Virus record (IMG/VR): IMGVR_UViG_3300037153_000425
Location: 1-54,415 of that record
DNA from: a virus
Lineage: Duplodnaviria; Caudoviricetes
Strand: one strand, 5' to 3'
Length of the DNA stretch: 54,415 nt
The notes under the pieces: model-generated
Databases searched by the model: none
The model's input: the letters and a program-made list of their open reading frames with translations, nothing else
Told to the model about the DNA's origin: nothing
Program-made: the position numbers and the translations under genes
In this document: piece after piece, positions 1 through 8,449 of the stretch
How positions within the stretch are numbered: the stretch's first letter is position 1
How the letters are laid out: every line of letters begins with the position of its first letter

Positions 1-653
1 GGCAGAAAATCCGTGACCTCGCGTTGAATCGCGCGGGCAACCGCGCGCTCGACGCCGACGCCGCGGATTTCCTCGCGCAACACCTCTTCGAGCTCTACAC
101 GCTCGCCGACTGGCCGTTTCTCTACGTATCGGCGCCGCTGGTGTTGACGGGCCCGACGGTCGACTTGCCCGCGGATTTCATGACGGCGCAGGACGACCAC
201 GCCTTCCAGATCGTCGCCATCGACGGCGGGGCGCAAAGCGAGTGCTTTGCCGTCGAGGTCTCGCCCGAGGAATTGACCGCGATGGCGGCGCCGACGTCGC
301 ACGGCGTGCCGCAATATTGGGCGGTGTCGCGGAGCGATACCAGCGCGCGCGTGGCCCCGGATCCGACCGGGCGGCGGATCGACGTCGTGCTCCGCTACCG
401 ACGTCTCCCGCCCGAGCCGCTCCCGGCGGTCGAGCCGACGGACATTCCCGTGTTCCCGTACCACAATTACCTCGTGCAGGCGGTCTATGTGTTTGCGCTC
501 GAGCACGAGCGGGACGCGCGCGCACAAGCCGAGGCGGCCAATCGGGACACGTTGCTCGCGATGATTCGCCGCGGCGCCGCACCGCTCCGCTCGCAACGCG
601 CGGATATTCCGCTCGACCCGCTCATCTTCGGGCGGCCGTTCCGGGGCGACTAG
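1..653 (+). CDS. Head-tail adaptor / tail tubular protein A-like (5'-truncated)
   Basis: Full-length homologue at 37934-38617; lies after the capsid cluster and before the nozzle. Confidence 0.6.
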   Translation, partial: QKIRDLALNRAGNRALDADAADFLAQHLFELYTLADWPFLYVSAPLVLTGPTVDLPADFMTAQDDHAFQIVAIDGGAQSECFAVEVSPEELTAMAAPTSHGVPQYWAVSRSDTSARVAPDPTGRRIDVVLRYRRLPPEPLPAVEPTDIPVFPYHNYLVQAVYVFALEHERDARAQAEAANRDTLLAMIRRGAAPLRSQRADIPLDPLIFGRPFRGD

Positions 654-2672
654 ATGCCCGGCGCCCCCGACCGCGAGCTCCCGATTCCCGTCCGGCGCTT
701 CCAGGGCACCATGCTCGCCATGGATCCTGCCTTTGTGCCGCTCGGGTGGCTCGCGCGGTGCGAGAATTGGGTGCCGGATTTGACGCTTGTCTTGAGCAAG
801 CGCCGCGGGAGTGCGCCGTGGCAACGGTTGCCCCAACCCGGGCGGGTCGATCCGCTCTACTATTGCAGTGGCAGCGACGGCACGCGCTACCTCTACTGCG
901 TCGTCAACGATCAGCTTTACGTGTCGGTGAATGACGCGCCCATCGTGCCGGTCACCAACGGCGCCTTTGCCGCCGGCCCGGTTGAGGACCTCCGCTACGG
1001 GATCGCGGTCGTCGGCGATACGCTCTACGTCGGCAACGACGTCGACCCGATGAAGCAAGTGCCGCTCGGCGGCGATGCGGTCGACCTGGTGCCGCTGGCA
1101 CTCCTCGACGATACGGGCCAGGTGGCGACGGCGATTCCCGACGAGCTCGCGCGGGTGCTCGCCGGCACCTACAGCTATCGCTGGGCGACCTATCACGGGC
1201 CGACGCAACGGTGGACGAAGGTGGGGCCCGTGCGTACCGTGACCACGGCCGGGTCGGGGCGGCAACGGCTCGGGTTTCAGGCCCCCACGGTGGCGCTTGC
1301 GGCGGGCGAGCTCTACCACCTCTTCCTCGCCGGCGTCGACCAGGAGATCGAGGGCGCGCACGACCAGACCCCGGTCGGCCTCCCGGCATCGACCGGCGCT
1401 GACCAGTTTGCCTTGTGGGATGACCCCGCCGTGGAGTCGGCCACCGTACCGATTCCGTCGACGGTCGTCCGGCGCGGCGCGCACTTGATTGCGCACCGCG
1501 GGCGCCTCTGGGGGGCCGGCGGGCTCGACGAGACGGCGCGGCGCGTGTGGGCGACCAACGTCCTCGTGCCCGGCCTCGAGCAATCGCTCTTCGAGCAAGG
1601 GCTCTTTTTCCCGGCTGGGGCCGTGACGCCCGACTTGGGCGGCCCGGTGACGGCGCTCGCGGTCGCGACCTTGTCCTCGACGAATCGGAGCCCGACGTCC
1701 CCGCTCGCGCTCATGACCGAAACGAGCACGTGGCTCTATTTCGGCGACCCGGTCGATGATCCCGGCGCGACGCTTGTGCAAATCTCCGACGAGATTGGCT
1801 GCCCGGGCGACCGCACCGTGGCCTCGACGCCGCTCGGCATTCTCTTTTGCGGCAAGCGGAGCGTGTATCTCTTGACGCCGCAGCAAGCCGAGCCAAAAGA
1901 CGTCGGCTGGCCGATCGAGCCGGCGATCCGCGCAGTCCCGGTGCCCGAGCGGGCAAACTGCTGGGCGATCTATCACCGCGGCTTCTACAAGCTGGCCCTC
2001 GTGCCGGCGGGTGGTGTCACCCCGACCGAGGAATGGTGGCTCGACCTCCGCCACGGCCTCGGCGATCCGCCGAATTGGTGGGGACCGCATACGACGCCGG
2101 GCTACAGCGCCGCTGCGCGGGCGACGAATCATCCGGCCGAGGAGGACCGGGCGTGGGCGGCGCAAGACAGCTCGGTGGCCTTTTTCGTGCTCTTGGATCA
2201 AGCCGACCGCTACATGGATCCGGTCGGGCCGCGGACGGGCGGGCAGTGGAACGTGGCGCATTGGAACGGCGACGAGTGGGCGCAGGAGAGTGCGGTGCCG
2301 ATTGTCTCACGGATCATCACCGCGGACCTGGACGGCGGCGCCCCCTTGACGCCGAAGATTGCGAAGCGCGCACGCATCGTCGCCCACGTCTTCGAGACGA
2401 CGTCCCTCGGCATCACCGTCACGGCGGATCATAGTTACGGCGTCGCGGGCACGCTCCGCGTGCCGATTGCGCTCGGCGACGTGTGGGATACGGCCGACTG
2501 GGATACGGCCTCGTGGGCGATGCAGCAGTGGATCCTGAGCGAGTTCGAGTGTCCGGTCCCCGAGCCCCGCGGGCGGCTCTTTTCCGCCGTCTTGACGCAC
2601 GTCGACCCGAACCCGTGCGATCTCCGCGATTTCGAGCTCCGCGTGCAACCGTCCAGCCGCGAGACGCAGTAG
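654..2672 (+). CDS. Tail nozzle / tubular protein B-like (672 aa)
   Basis: Size, beta-propeller-like W/D-rich sequence, GC..R.V....G motif, position after adaptor. Confidence 0.7.
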   Translation: MPGAPDRELPIPVRRFQGTMLAMDPAFVPLGWLARCENWVPDLTLVLSKRRGSAPWQRLPQPGRVDPLYYCSGSDGTRYLYCVVNDQLYVSVNDAPIVPVTNGAFAAGPVEDLRYGIAVVGDTLYVGNDVDPMKQVPLGGDAVDLVPLALLDDTGQVATAIPDELARVLAGTYSYRWATYHGPTQRWTKVGPVRTVTTAGSGRQRLGFQAPTVALAAGELYHLFLAGVDQEIEGAHDQTPVGLPASTGADQFALWDDPAVESATVPIPSTVVRRGAHLIAHRGRLWGAGGLDETARRVWATNVLVPGLEQSLFEQGLFFPAGAVTPDLGGPVTALAVATLSSTNRSPTSPLALMTETSTWLYFGDPVDDPGATLVQISDEIGCPGDRTVASTPLGILFCGKRSVYLLTPQQAEPKDVGWPIEPAIRAVPVPERANCWAIYHRGFYKLALVPAGGVTPTEEWWLDLRHGLGDPPNWWGPHTTPGYSAAARATNHPAEEDRAWAAQDSSVAFFVLLDQADRYMDPVGPRTGGQWNVAHWNGDEWAQESAVPIVSRIITADLDGGAPLTPKIAKRARIVAHVFETTSLGITVTADHSYGVAGTLRVPIALGDVWDTADWDTASWAMQQWILSEFECPVPEPRGRLFSAVLTHVDPNPCDLRDFELRVQPSSRETQ

Positions 2673-2673
2673 C

Positions 2674-3705
2674 ATGGCGCAGATTCCCCGCCCGCCGAAA
2701 CAAGGGAACGTGATAACCTACGTCGCGAAGGTGGCGGCGGGCTATCCGCACATCCTGGCCGGCGAGGTCGATGCCGACCTGGATACGATCTACGGCGCGT
2801 GGAATAGCGGCGCCGATACCATCAACATTCGCGACGGGGCCGTCACGAGTGCCAAGCTGGCCGCCGATTCGGTCGGGCCGCGTGAGTTGCAGGATAGCGG
2901 CATCGGGACGACGAATCTCGCCGACGGGTCGGTCACGACGCCGAAACTGGCCGACCTGAACGTGACGACCGGCAAGCTCGCCGACGGCGCCGTGACGACG
3001 GCCAAGCTGCCGGATGGCACGGTGACGGACCCGAAGATCGTGAGTGTCGCGTGGGCGAAGGTGACGGGCGCCCCCACCACGCTACCGCCGAGTGGCCCGG
3101 CGGGCGGCGATCTCGCCGGCTCGAGCTATCCCAATCCCATCATTGCGTCGGGCGTCGTGACGGCGGCCAAGCTCGCCCCGGGGACGCTCACGGGCGCGAA
3201 CCTCTCGGCGGGCAGCATCGGCGCCCGCGAGATTGCCGACGGCAGTATCGGCGTCGCCGAGCTCGCCGATGCCGCCGTGTCGCGCGCGAAACTCGCGCCG
3301 GGCGTGCTCCCCGGCGCGTGGGTGTCCGTCCCGATCACCAACTTCACGACGAGCACCGTCGGCGGGTGGATCCGTGTTGCGACGCTCCCGGCACTGACGA
3401 CGCGCGGCGCGAATCCCGTCTTTCTCTTTGCCAATCACGGGCTCGGCGTCGCCGTCGGCGCGGGGCCCGGCAACGTGCTGCTGCGCTGGATCCGTGACGG
3501 CACGCACCTCTGCAACACCGCGTGGGGTGCGGGGGGCGGGACGAATCTCGTCGCGCCGTTGCCGTCGCTCCCGTGGATGGACGTCGTGCCGACCGCAGGG
3601 AGCTACGTCTACGCGCTCGAGGTGCAGCTCGGGCCCGGCGTGTCGACGGTGTATTTCGTCGCGACCAACACGGGCTGCGGCTTGACGGCGTTCGAGCTCG
3701 GATGA
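2674..3705 (+). CDS. Tail fibre-like protein 1
   Basis: DADLDTIY N-terminal anchor, repeated (D)G.VT..KLA motifs, variable C-terminus. Confidence 0.65.
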   Translation: MAQIPRPPKQGNVITYVAKVAAGYPHILAGEVDADLDTIYGAWNSGADTINIRDGAVTSAKLAADSVGPRELQDSGIGTTNLADGSVTTPKLADLNVTTGKLADGAVTTAKLPDGTVTDPKIVSVAWAKVTGAPTTLPPSGPAGGDLAGSSYPNPIIASGVVTAAKLAPGTLTGANLSAGSIGAREIADGSIGVAELADAAVSRAKLAPGVLPGAWVSVPITNFTTSTVGGWIRVATLPALTTRGANPVFLFANHGLGVAVGAGPGNVLLRWIRDGTHLCNTAWGAGGGTNLVAPLPSLPWMDVVPTAGSYVYALEVQLGPGVSTVYFVATNTGCGLTAFELG

Positions 3706-3719
3706 CCGGGGAGTAGCGC

Positions 3720-4886
3720 ATGGCGACGCAACGGCCACTCAAGGAAGGCAGCGTCCGCACCTACCAGGAAAAGGTGGCGCTCGGCTTCCCCGATATCCTC
3801 GCGAGCGAGATGGACGCCGACCTGGATACGATCTACGCGGCGTGGAATGGCGGCGTGGCCACGGCGAATTTGAATGACGCCTCGGTGACGGAGGCGAAGC
3901 TCGCGCCCGATGCGCATTTGTGGACGGCCGCGACGGGCGTGCTGAAACCCGTCAATGCGACCATGCCGCCGACGCTCGCCGTCTCGACCGGCGACAATCT
4001 CGTCTGGGGCACGCGCACGGCCAAAGCGCGCTTGGCGGCGCATCCGACGACGCCGGCGGCCTACTGGTATTTCAACCGGAATTTCGCCGGCACGCTCGAC
4101 GACGCCACGATTGCGTCGTGGGTCGCCGATTTTGACAGCGACGTCTTTCGCATCGGGCGGGCGGCGCCGGGCGTCACGAGCATGGCAACGCTGTTGCTTC
4201 TCGACGCCACCGGCACCGCGCAATTCGGCGTGCGAGCGAATGTCGCACCCGCCACGACCTATGCCGAATTTGCCGGCAATCCGACGTTGTCGGGCGGCTA
4301 CGATAGCGCGCAACCGACCGTGCTCGCGCGCTGTAACTACGGCGGCGATGCGTTCGAGGTCTGGCGGCGGGCGCCCAGCGGCGGCGCGTGGACCTCGCCA
4401 CTCGTCGTGCGAGGCAGCGACGGCAAGACGGTGTGCACGCTCGCCGATGGCTCGATCGCGCGGGGCATGATTGGCGTCGGGCAATCGGTGCGCGCGCTGG
4501 CCGATTTCCCGGTTGACCCGACGTGGACCTTGCCATCCAAGAATGCGTGGAACGTCTTTACGACGGGCGTCTATGCGGCCGTCGGCGGCTTCGCGTTGCT
4601 CCTCGTCGACCCGGCATGGATGTACAGCGCCGCAAGCAGCACCGGGACGGGCGCCTGGGTGCAAGTGCTGATTGACGGCACGACGGTCGTCTATCAGCGG
4701 CTCTACCGCGCGGCGGCGAGCATGGCGGTCGTGCCGATGCCCGGCTTCGCCTGCTTTCCGTCGCTGCCCGCGGGCTCGCGCACGATTCAAGTGCGGGTCT
4801 TCTGTGAGACGAATGCGAGCGTGCAAATGAGCGCGGACGGCGCGCAAGTGAACGCCGGGACGATTCGGTTGATTGAATTTTGTTGA
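3720..4886 (+). CDS. Tail fibre-like protein 2
   Basis: Paralogous N-terminus to 2674 (RP.K.G.V.TY..KVA.G.P.ILA.E.DADLDTIY.AWN.G); beta-rich C-terminus. Confidence 0.65.
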   Translation: MATQRPLKEGSVRTYQEKVALGFPDILASEMDADLDTIYAAWNGGVATANLNDASVTEAKLAPDAHLWTAATGVLKPVNATMPPTLAVSTGDNLVWGTRTAKARLAAHPTTPAAYWYFNRNFAGTLDDATIASWVADFDSDVFRIGRAAPGVTSMATLLLLDATGTAQFGVRANVAPATTYAEFAGNPTLSGGYDSAQPTVLARCNYGGDAFEVWRRAPSGGAWTSPLVVRGSDGKTVCTLADGSIARGMIGVGQSVRALADFPVDPTWTLPSKNAWNVFTTGVYAAVGGFALLLVDPAWMYSAASSTGTGAWVQVLIDGTTVVYQRLYRAAASMAVVPMPGFACFPSLPAGSRTIQVRVFCETNASVQMSADGAQVNAGTIRLIEFC

Positions 4887-4897
4887 GGCGGGGCACC

Positions 4898-5125
4898 ATG
4901 GCTGACACCTACACCTGTGACCATTGCGGCGCGACGGCGGAGAGTTTGGATGATTGGCAGTTTGTCGTCGTCGGCTTCTTTCACGTCGCGGGGGGCCAGC
5001 CGCCTCCGGGCGGCAAGACACTCGACGCCACCCTCCCCGACCTCGTCTTTGACACGCAGGCGTGTCTGGACGCGTGGCGTGCGGAGGTCCACTTGACCGC
5101 GCCGAGGGGGGCGACCGATGCCTGA
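4898..5125 (+). CDS. Small CxxC protein, variant-1 specific
   Basis: MADTYTCDHCG; GAGG upstream; fills the operon gap; absent from variant 2. Confidence 0.55.
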   Translation: MADTYTCDHCGATAESLDDWQFVVVGFFHVAGGQPPPGGKTLDATLPDLVFDTQACLDAWRAEVHLTAPRGATDA

Positions 5126-5294
5126 GCGGCCGGCGAGCGTGCCGCGGGCGGTCCTCGAGGAGCGGCGCGCGGCGCTCGGCGCCGAGCTCTTGGCGGCCAT
5201 GCGGCACGTCGAGCAGCTCCGCGGCGCCGTGGCGCTCCTCGACGAGCTCCTCGCGCCCGATGCCGCCGGGCGCCCGCTCGAGGTCGTCGCATGA
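5118..5294 (+). CDS. Small coiled-coil protein (58 aa)
   Basis: ATGA-coupled to GNAT 1; same-length homologue at 42290-42466. Confidence 0.6.
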   Translation: MPERPASVPRAVLEERRAALGAELLAAMRHVEQLRGAVALLDELLAPDAAGRPLEVVA

Positions 5295-5914
5295 TCCGAC
5301 CCGCCGTGTTTGCCGACGTGCCGGGGCTCCGCCGCCTCTACGCGGCGCTCGTCGCCGAGCTCGCGGCCACGCGCCCGCTGCCGTATCCGACGCACGGGGC
5401 CGACGACCTCGACACCTTCACGCTCTTGACGGCGCGGCGGATCGAGCAGGACCCGACGCTGCTCTTGTACGTCGCGACCGACGACGCGACGGGCGAGCTG
5501 GTCGGGTTTCTCGGCGGCGAGGTGTCCGAGCGGGCGCTCGGCGAGCCGCACGTCTTTGGCAATGCGCACTGGCTCTATGTCGCGCCGGCAGCCCGCGGCC
5601 GCGGTGTCGCCCGCGCGCTCGTCGAGCGGGGGTGTCAGGACCTGGACGCGCTCGGTGTGACGCATGTCGAGCTCGCCGCCAGCGCCGGCGACCCGCAATG
5701 GATGGCCCGGGGCTGGGTGCCCTACGTCGTCCACCATGCGTTGCCGCTGGCTGCGGTCCGCGCCGGCGTCGTCGAGCGCCCCGCCGTCGATCCCACACCG
5801 ACGGCCCCGACGGCGCCGGCCCCTGCACCCGCGGCCACGCCGGCACCTCGCAAGCGGCGCCGGCGGCGGCGGACGGCGCCGCGGCCGCGGCTCCTCGCCG
5901 GGGGCCGGGCATGA
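5291..5914 (+). CDS. GNAT acyltransferase 1
   Basis: MIRPA...D, LVGF, LYV.P.ARGRGVA motif A. Confidence 0.85.
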   Translation: MIRPAVFADVPGLRRLYAALVAELAATRPLPYPTHGADDLDTFTLLTARRIEQDPTLLLYVATDDATGELVGFLGGEVSERALGEPHVFGNAHWLYVAPAARGRGVARALVERGCQDLDALGVTHVELAASAGDPQWMARGWVPYVVHHALPLAAVRAGVVERPAVDPTPTAPTAPAPAPAATPAPRKRRRRRRTAPRPRLLAGGRA

Positions 5915-6423
5915 GTCACCTGGTCCGCACCGCCGAGCCGGGCGATCGCCCGGCGCTCGAGGGCTTGCTCGCCGCCCTCATGCGCGAACACCAGGGCACG
6001 TTTCCCGCCGCCTATCCCCACTTCGCTCCCGTCGAGGACGCCGCGAATCTCCTGACGCTCTATGCGCCGCGGCTGGCTCAGGATCCAAGTCTGGTCGCCG
6101 TGCTGGCCGTCGACCGCGCGCCCGTGGGGTTGCTCGTGGGGGAGGTCGTCGCGCGGCCGGTCGGTCGGCCGGCGACCGTCGGCTTTGTCGAGTGGTTCTA
6201 CGTCGTGCCCGAGGCCCGCGGGCAAGGCATCGGGCGCGACCTCGTGCGGGCCGCCTTGGCGCTCGTGCGGCCGTACGGCGTGACGCACATCGAGATTGCG
6301 AGCGTGCCCGGCGACCGGCAATGGCACCGGCGGGGCTGGCGGGAGACGTCGCGCCACTACGTCGCCCCCGTGGAGCAGGTGACCGCCTGGGCCGCCCTCG
6401 AGGAGGCTCCCGATGCACGATAG
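5911..6423 (+). CDS. GNAT acyltransferase 2
   Basis: VRTAEPGD, PVG, FYVVPEARGQGIG motif A; ATGA overlap with GNAT 1. Confidence 0.85.
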   Translation: MSHLVRTAEPGDRPALEGLLAALMREHQGTFPAAYPHFAPVEDAANLLTLYAPRLAQDPSLVAVLAVDRAPVGLLVGEVVARPVGRPATVGFVEWFYVVPEARGQGIGRDLVRAALALVRPYGVTHIEIASVPGDRQWHRRGWRETSRHYVAPVEQVTAWAALEEAPDAR

Positions 6424-7846
6424 CCGCCGCTACCATCGCACGCGGCCACCGACCTTCACGCGCGCCTACGGCTCGCAAGCCTCGACGCCCGTCACGCGCT
6501 CACCCTTTGGCGGCTTGCCCTACCAGGTCGCCGGGCGTGTCAACCGCCAGCAGCTCTCGCCGCTCTTGATGGGGCTCGGGCTCGGCGTCGGCCCGAAAGC
6601 GCAACAGTTGCAGCAGCAAATCATGAGCGGGCAAGCGCAAGGGCCGCTCGCGTCGGCGATTCGCGGGATCCAGCAATTTGCGCCCGGCGTGATTGGCGGC
6701 GCGCAGGGCATCGGCCAGCAAATGTCGGCGCAAGGCGCCGAGGCCAACCGGCAACTGCAAGCCTCGATTGCCGCCGCGCAGGCGGGGATGCCGCAGTATC
6801 AAAGCGCCGTCAATCAAGGGCTCGCGGCGACGCAAGGCGCGCTCGGCAGTGCGCAGGATCTCTACGGGCAAGCCGCGGCCATGCTCCCCGGGCTCCAGCA
6901 AGTGGCGCAGCAAGGCACGCAGGGCGCGCAATCGGCGCTCGGCCAGGCGCAAAACTACATGACGGGGCCGGCGTTGACGGGCGCGCAGAATGCGTTGAAC
7001 CTCGCGCAGCAGTACACGCAAGGGCCGCAGCTCCAAGGGGCGCAGAGCCAGCTCGCGCGTGCGCAGGAGCTCCTCCGCGGCGGCGCGGCCGAAGGCGGCG
7101 CCGCACAAGCGGTCGACCTGGCGCAGCGCTACGCGCAGCAAGCGGCCTCCCCGATCGCCAACGAGGATCTCTATCAGGCGGCCTCGCGGCGGGTGATGCA
7201 GCAAATCAACCCCGGGCTTGCCGCACGCGGGCTCGAGGCGGGCGGCGCCGGCGCGCAGATGATGACCGATGCGCAACGCGACCTCGCCATGCAGTTTGCG
7301 CAGCAGCAGGCCGCGCAGCGGCAAGCGACGGTGCAAGGCTTGACGGGCGCCACGCAAGGGCTCGGCGGGCTCCAAGCGCAGGCACAACAGAACCTCGGCG
7401 CCGCGGCGTCGGGGCTCGGGAATCTTCAGCAGCAAGGCTTGCAGGGCTACGGGCAGGCCGCAACCAATCTTGGGAACTTGACGCAACAGGGCTTGTCAGG
7501 GTTGACGGCGGCGAGCCAGGGCGCGCAGCAAGCCGCGCAGAATCAAGCCGCCCTCGGGCAATCCATGATCCCGTATTTGCAGGCGATTCAGCAAGGCGCG
7601 CAAGGCGTCGGGGGCGCCGCGCAGCAAGGCGCCGGGATGTTGATGGCGGGGCCGCAGCTCGCCGGGCAGCAAGCGGAGGCCGTCAATCAGCTCGGGCAAA
7701 CCCTCATGCAGCAATACAACATGCCGATGCAGGCATCCGGCAATCTGCTGAACTTGCTTACGGCCGGGCTGTCGCCGGGCTTGCAGATGACGCAGGCCAC
7801 GGCGCCGGTGACGGCCAACCAGAGCAAGGGCTACAACATCATCTGA
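6413..7846 (+). CDS. Gln/Ala/Gly-rich DNA ejection (pilot) protein with basic leader
   Basis: Low-complexity helical Q/A/G repeats, GAGGAGG RBS, position after GNATs. Confidence 0.65.
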   Translation: MHDSRRYHRTRPPTFTRAYGSQASTPVTRSPFGGLPYQVAGRVNRQQLSPLLMGLGLGVGPKAQQLQQQIMSGQAQGPLASAIRGIQQFAPGVIGGAQGIGQQMSAQGAEANRQLQASIAAAQAGMPQYQSAVNQGLAATQGALGSAQDLYGQAAAMLPGLQQVAQQGTQGAQSALGQAQNYMTGPALTGAQNALNLAQQYTQGPQLQGAQSQLARAQELLRGGAAEGGAAQAVDLAQRYAQQAASPIANEDLYQAASRRVMQQINPGLAARGLEAGGAGAQMMTDAQRDLAMQFAQQQAAQRQATVQGLTGATQGLGGLQAQAQQNLGAAASGLGNLQQQGLQGYGQAATNLGNLTQQGLSGLTAASQGAQQAAQNQAALGQSMIPYLQAIQQGAQGVGGAAQQGAGMLMAGPQLAGQQAEAVNQLGQTLMQQYNMPMQASGNLLNLLTAGLSPGLQMTQATAPVTANQSKGYNII

Positions 7847-7854
7847 GGGCGGGC

Positions 7855-8448
7855 ATGACGCACGACTCCCGACGCTACCATCGCCCGCGGCGGCCGACGT
7901 TTGCCCGGGCCTACGGCATGCTCGGCGCGATCGGCAGCGGCCTCGAGAGCGCCGGCAGCGCCGTCGGGAGCGCGGCGGGCACGGTCGGCAGCGGCCTCGA
8001 GAGCGCTGCGAGCTCGGCGCTTGGCGGGGCCGGGCAATCCGCGCTCGGCGGGCTCTCGAGCATCGGACAAGGGTTGCAATCGCTCTTTGGCTCGGGCGGC
8101 GGCGAGGCCGGGCACCTCGCGTCACTCGGGCAAGCCGTGCCCGCCGGCGTCGAGCTCGCCGGTCCCAGCTCGACGTTTACGGGCCCCGGGTTTTTGAGCA
8201 GCGTCATGCAGGGCTTTACGCAGGGCCCGCAATCGTTGGCGAATCCGAGCGCGGGCACGTCGCTCGGCACGGGTGTCGGCCAGCTCTTGAGCACGCTCGA
8301 TCAGATGAACGCCGGGCGGAGCGGCGGCATGTCGCTGCAACCCATTGTCGGCGGCATCACGGGCCAAGCGCAGGGGCCGCGCGTCATTCCCGGCGGCGCG
8401 GCGCAACCGGGCACGGGCCCGATCATGAAGCTCCTCGGGATTCTCTGA
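7855..8448 (+). CDS. Gly/Ser-rich ejection protein with the same basic leader
   Basis: Glycine-zipper-like segments; leader shared with 6413. Confidence 0.6.
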   Translation: MTHDSRRYHRPRRPTFARAYGMLGAIGSGLESAGSAVGSAAGTVGSGLESAASSALGGAGQSALGGLSSIGQGLQSLFGSGGGEAGHLASLGQAVPAGVELAGPSSTFTGPGFLSSVMQGFTQGPQSLANPSAGTSLGTGVGQLLSTLDQMNAGRSGGMSLQPIVGGITGQAQGPRVIPGGAAQPGTGPIMKLLGIL

Positions 8449-8449
8449 C

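Noticed and set aside
2674-4886. Diversity-generating retroelement acting on the fibres
   Set aside because: No reverse transcriptase and no adenine-specific template/variable repeat pair
6413-6472. Tat signal peptide (SRR)
   Set aside because: Twin Arg is present but the consensus Phe-Leu and hydrophobic h-region are missing
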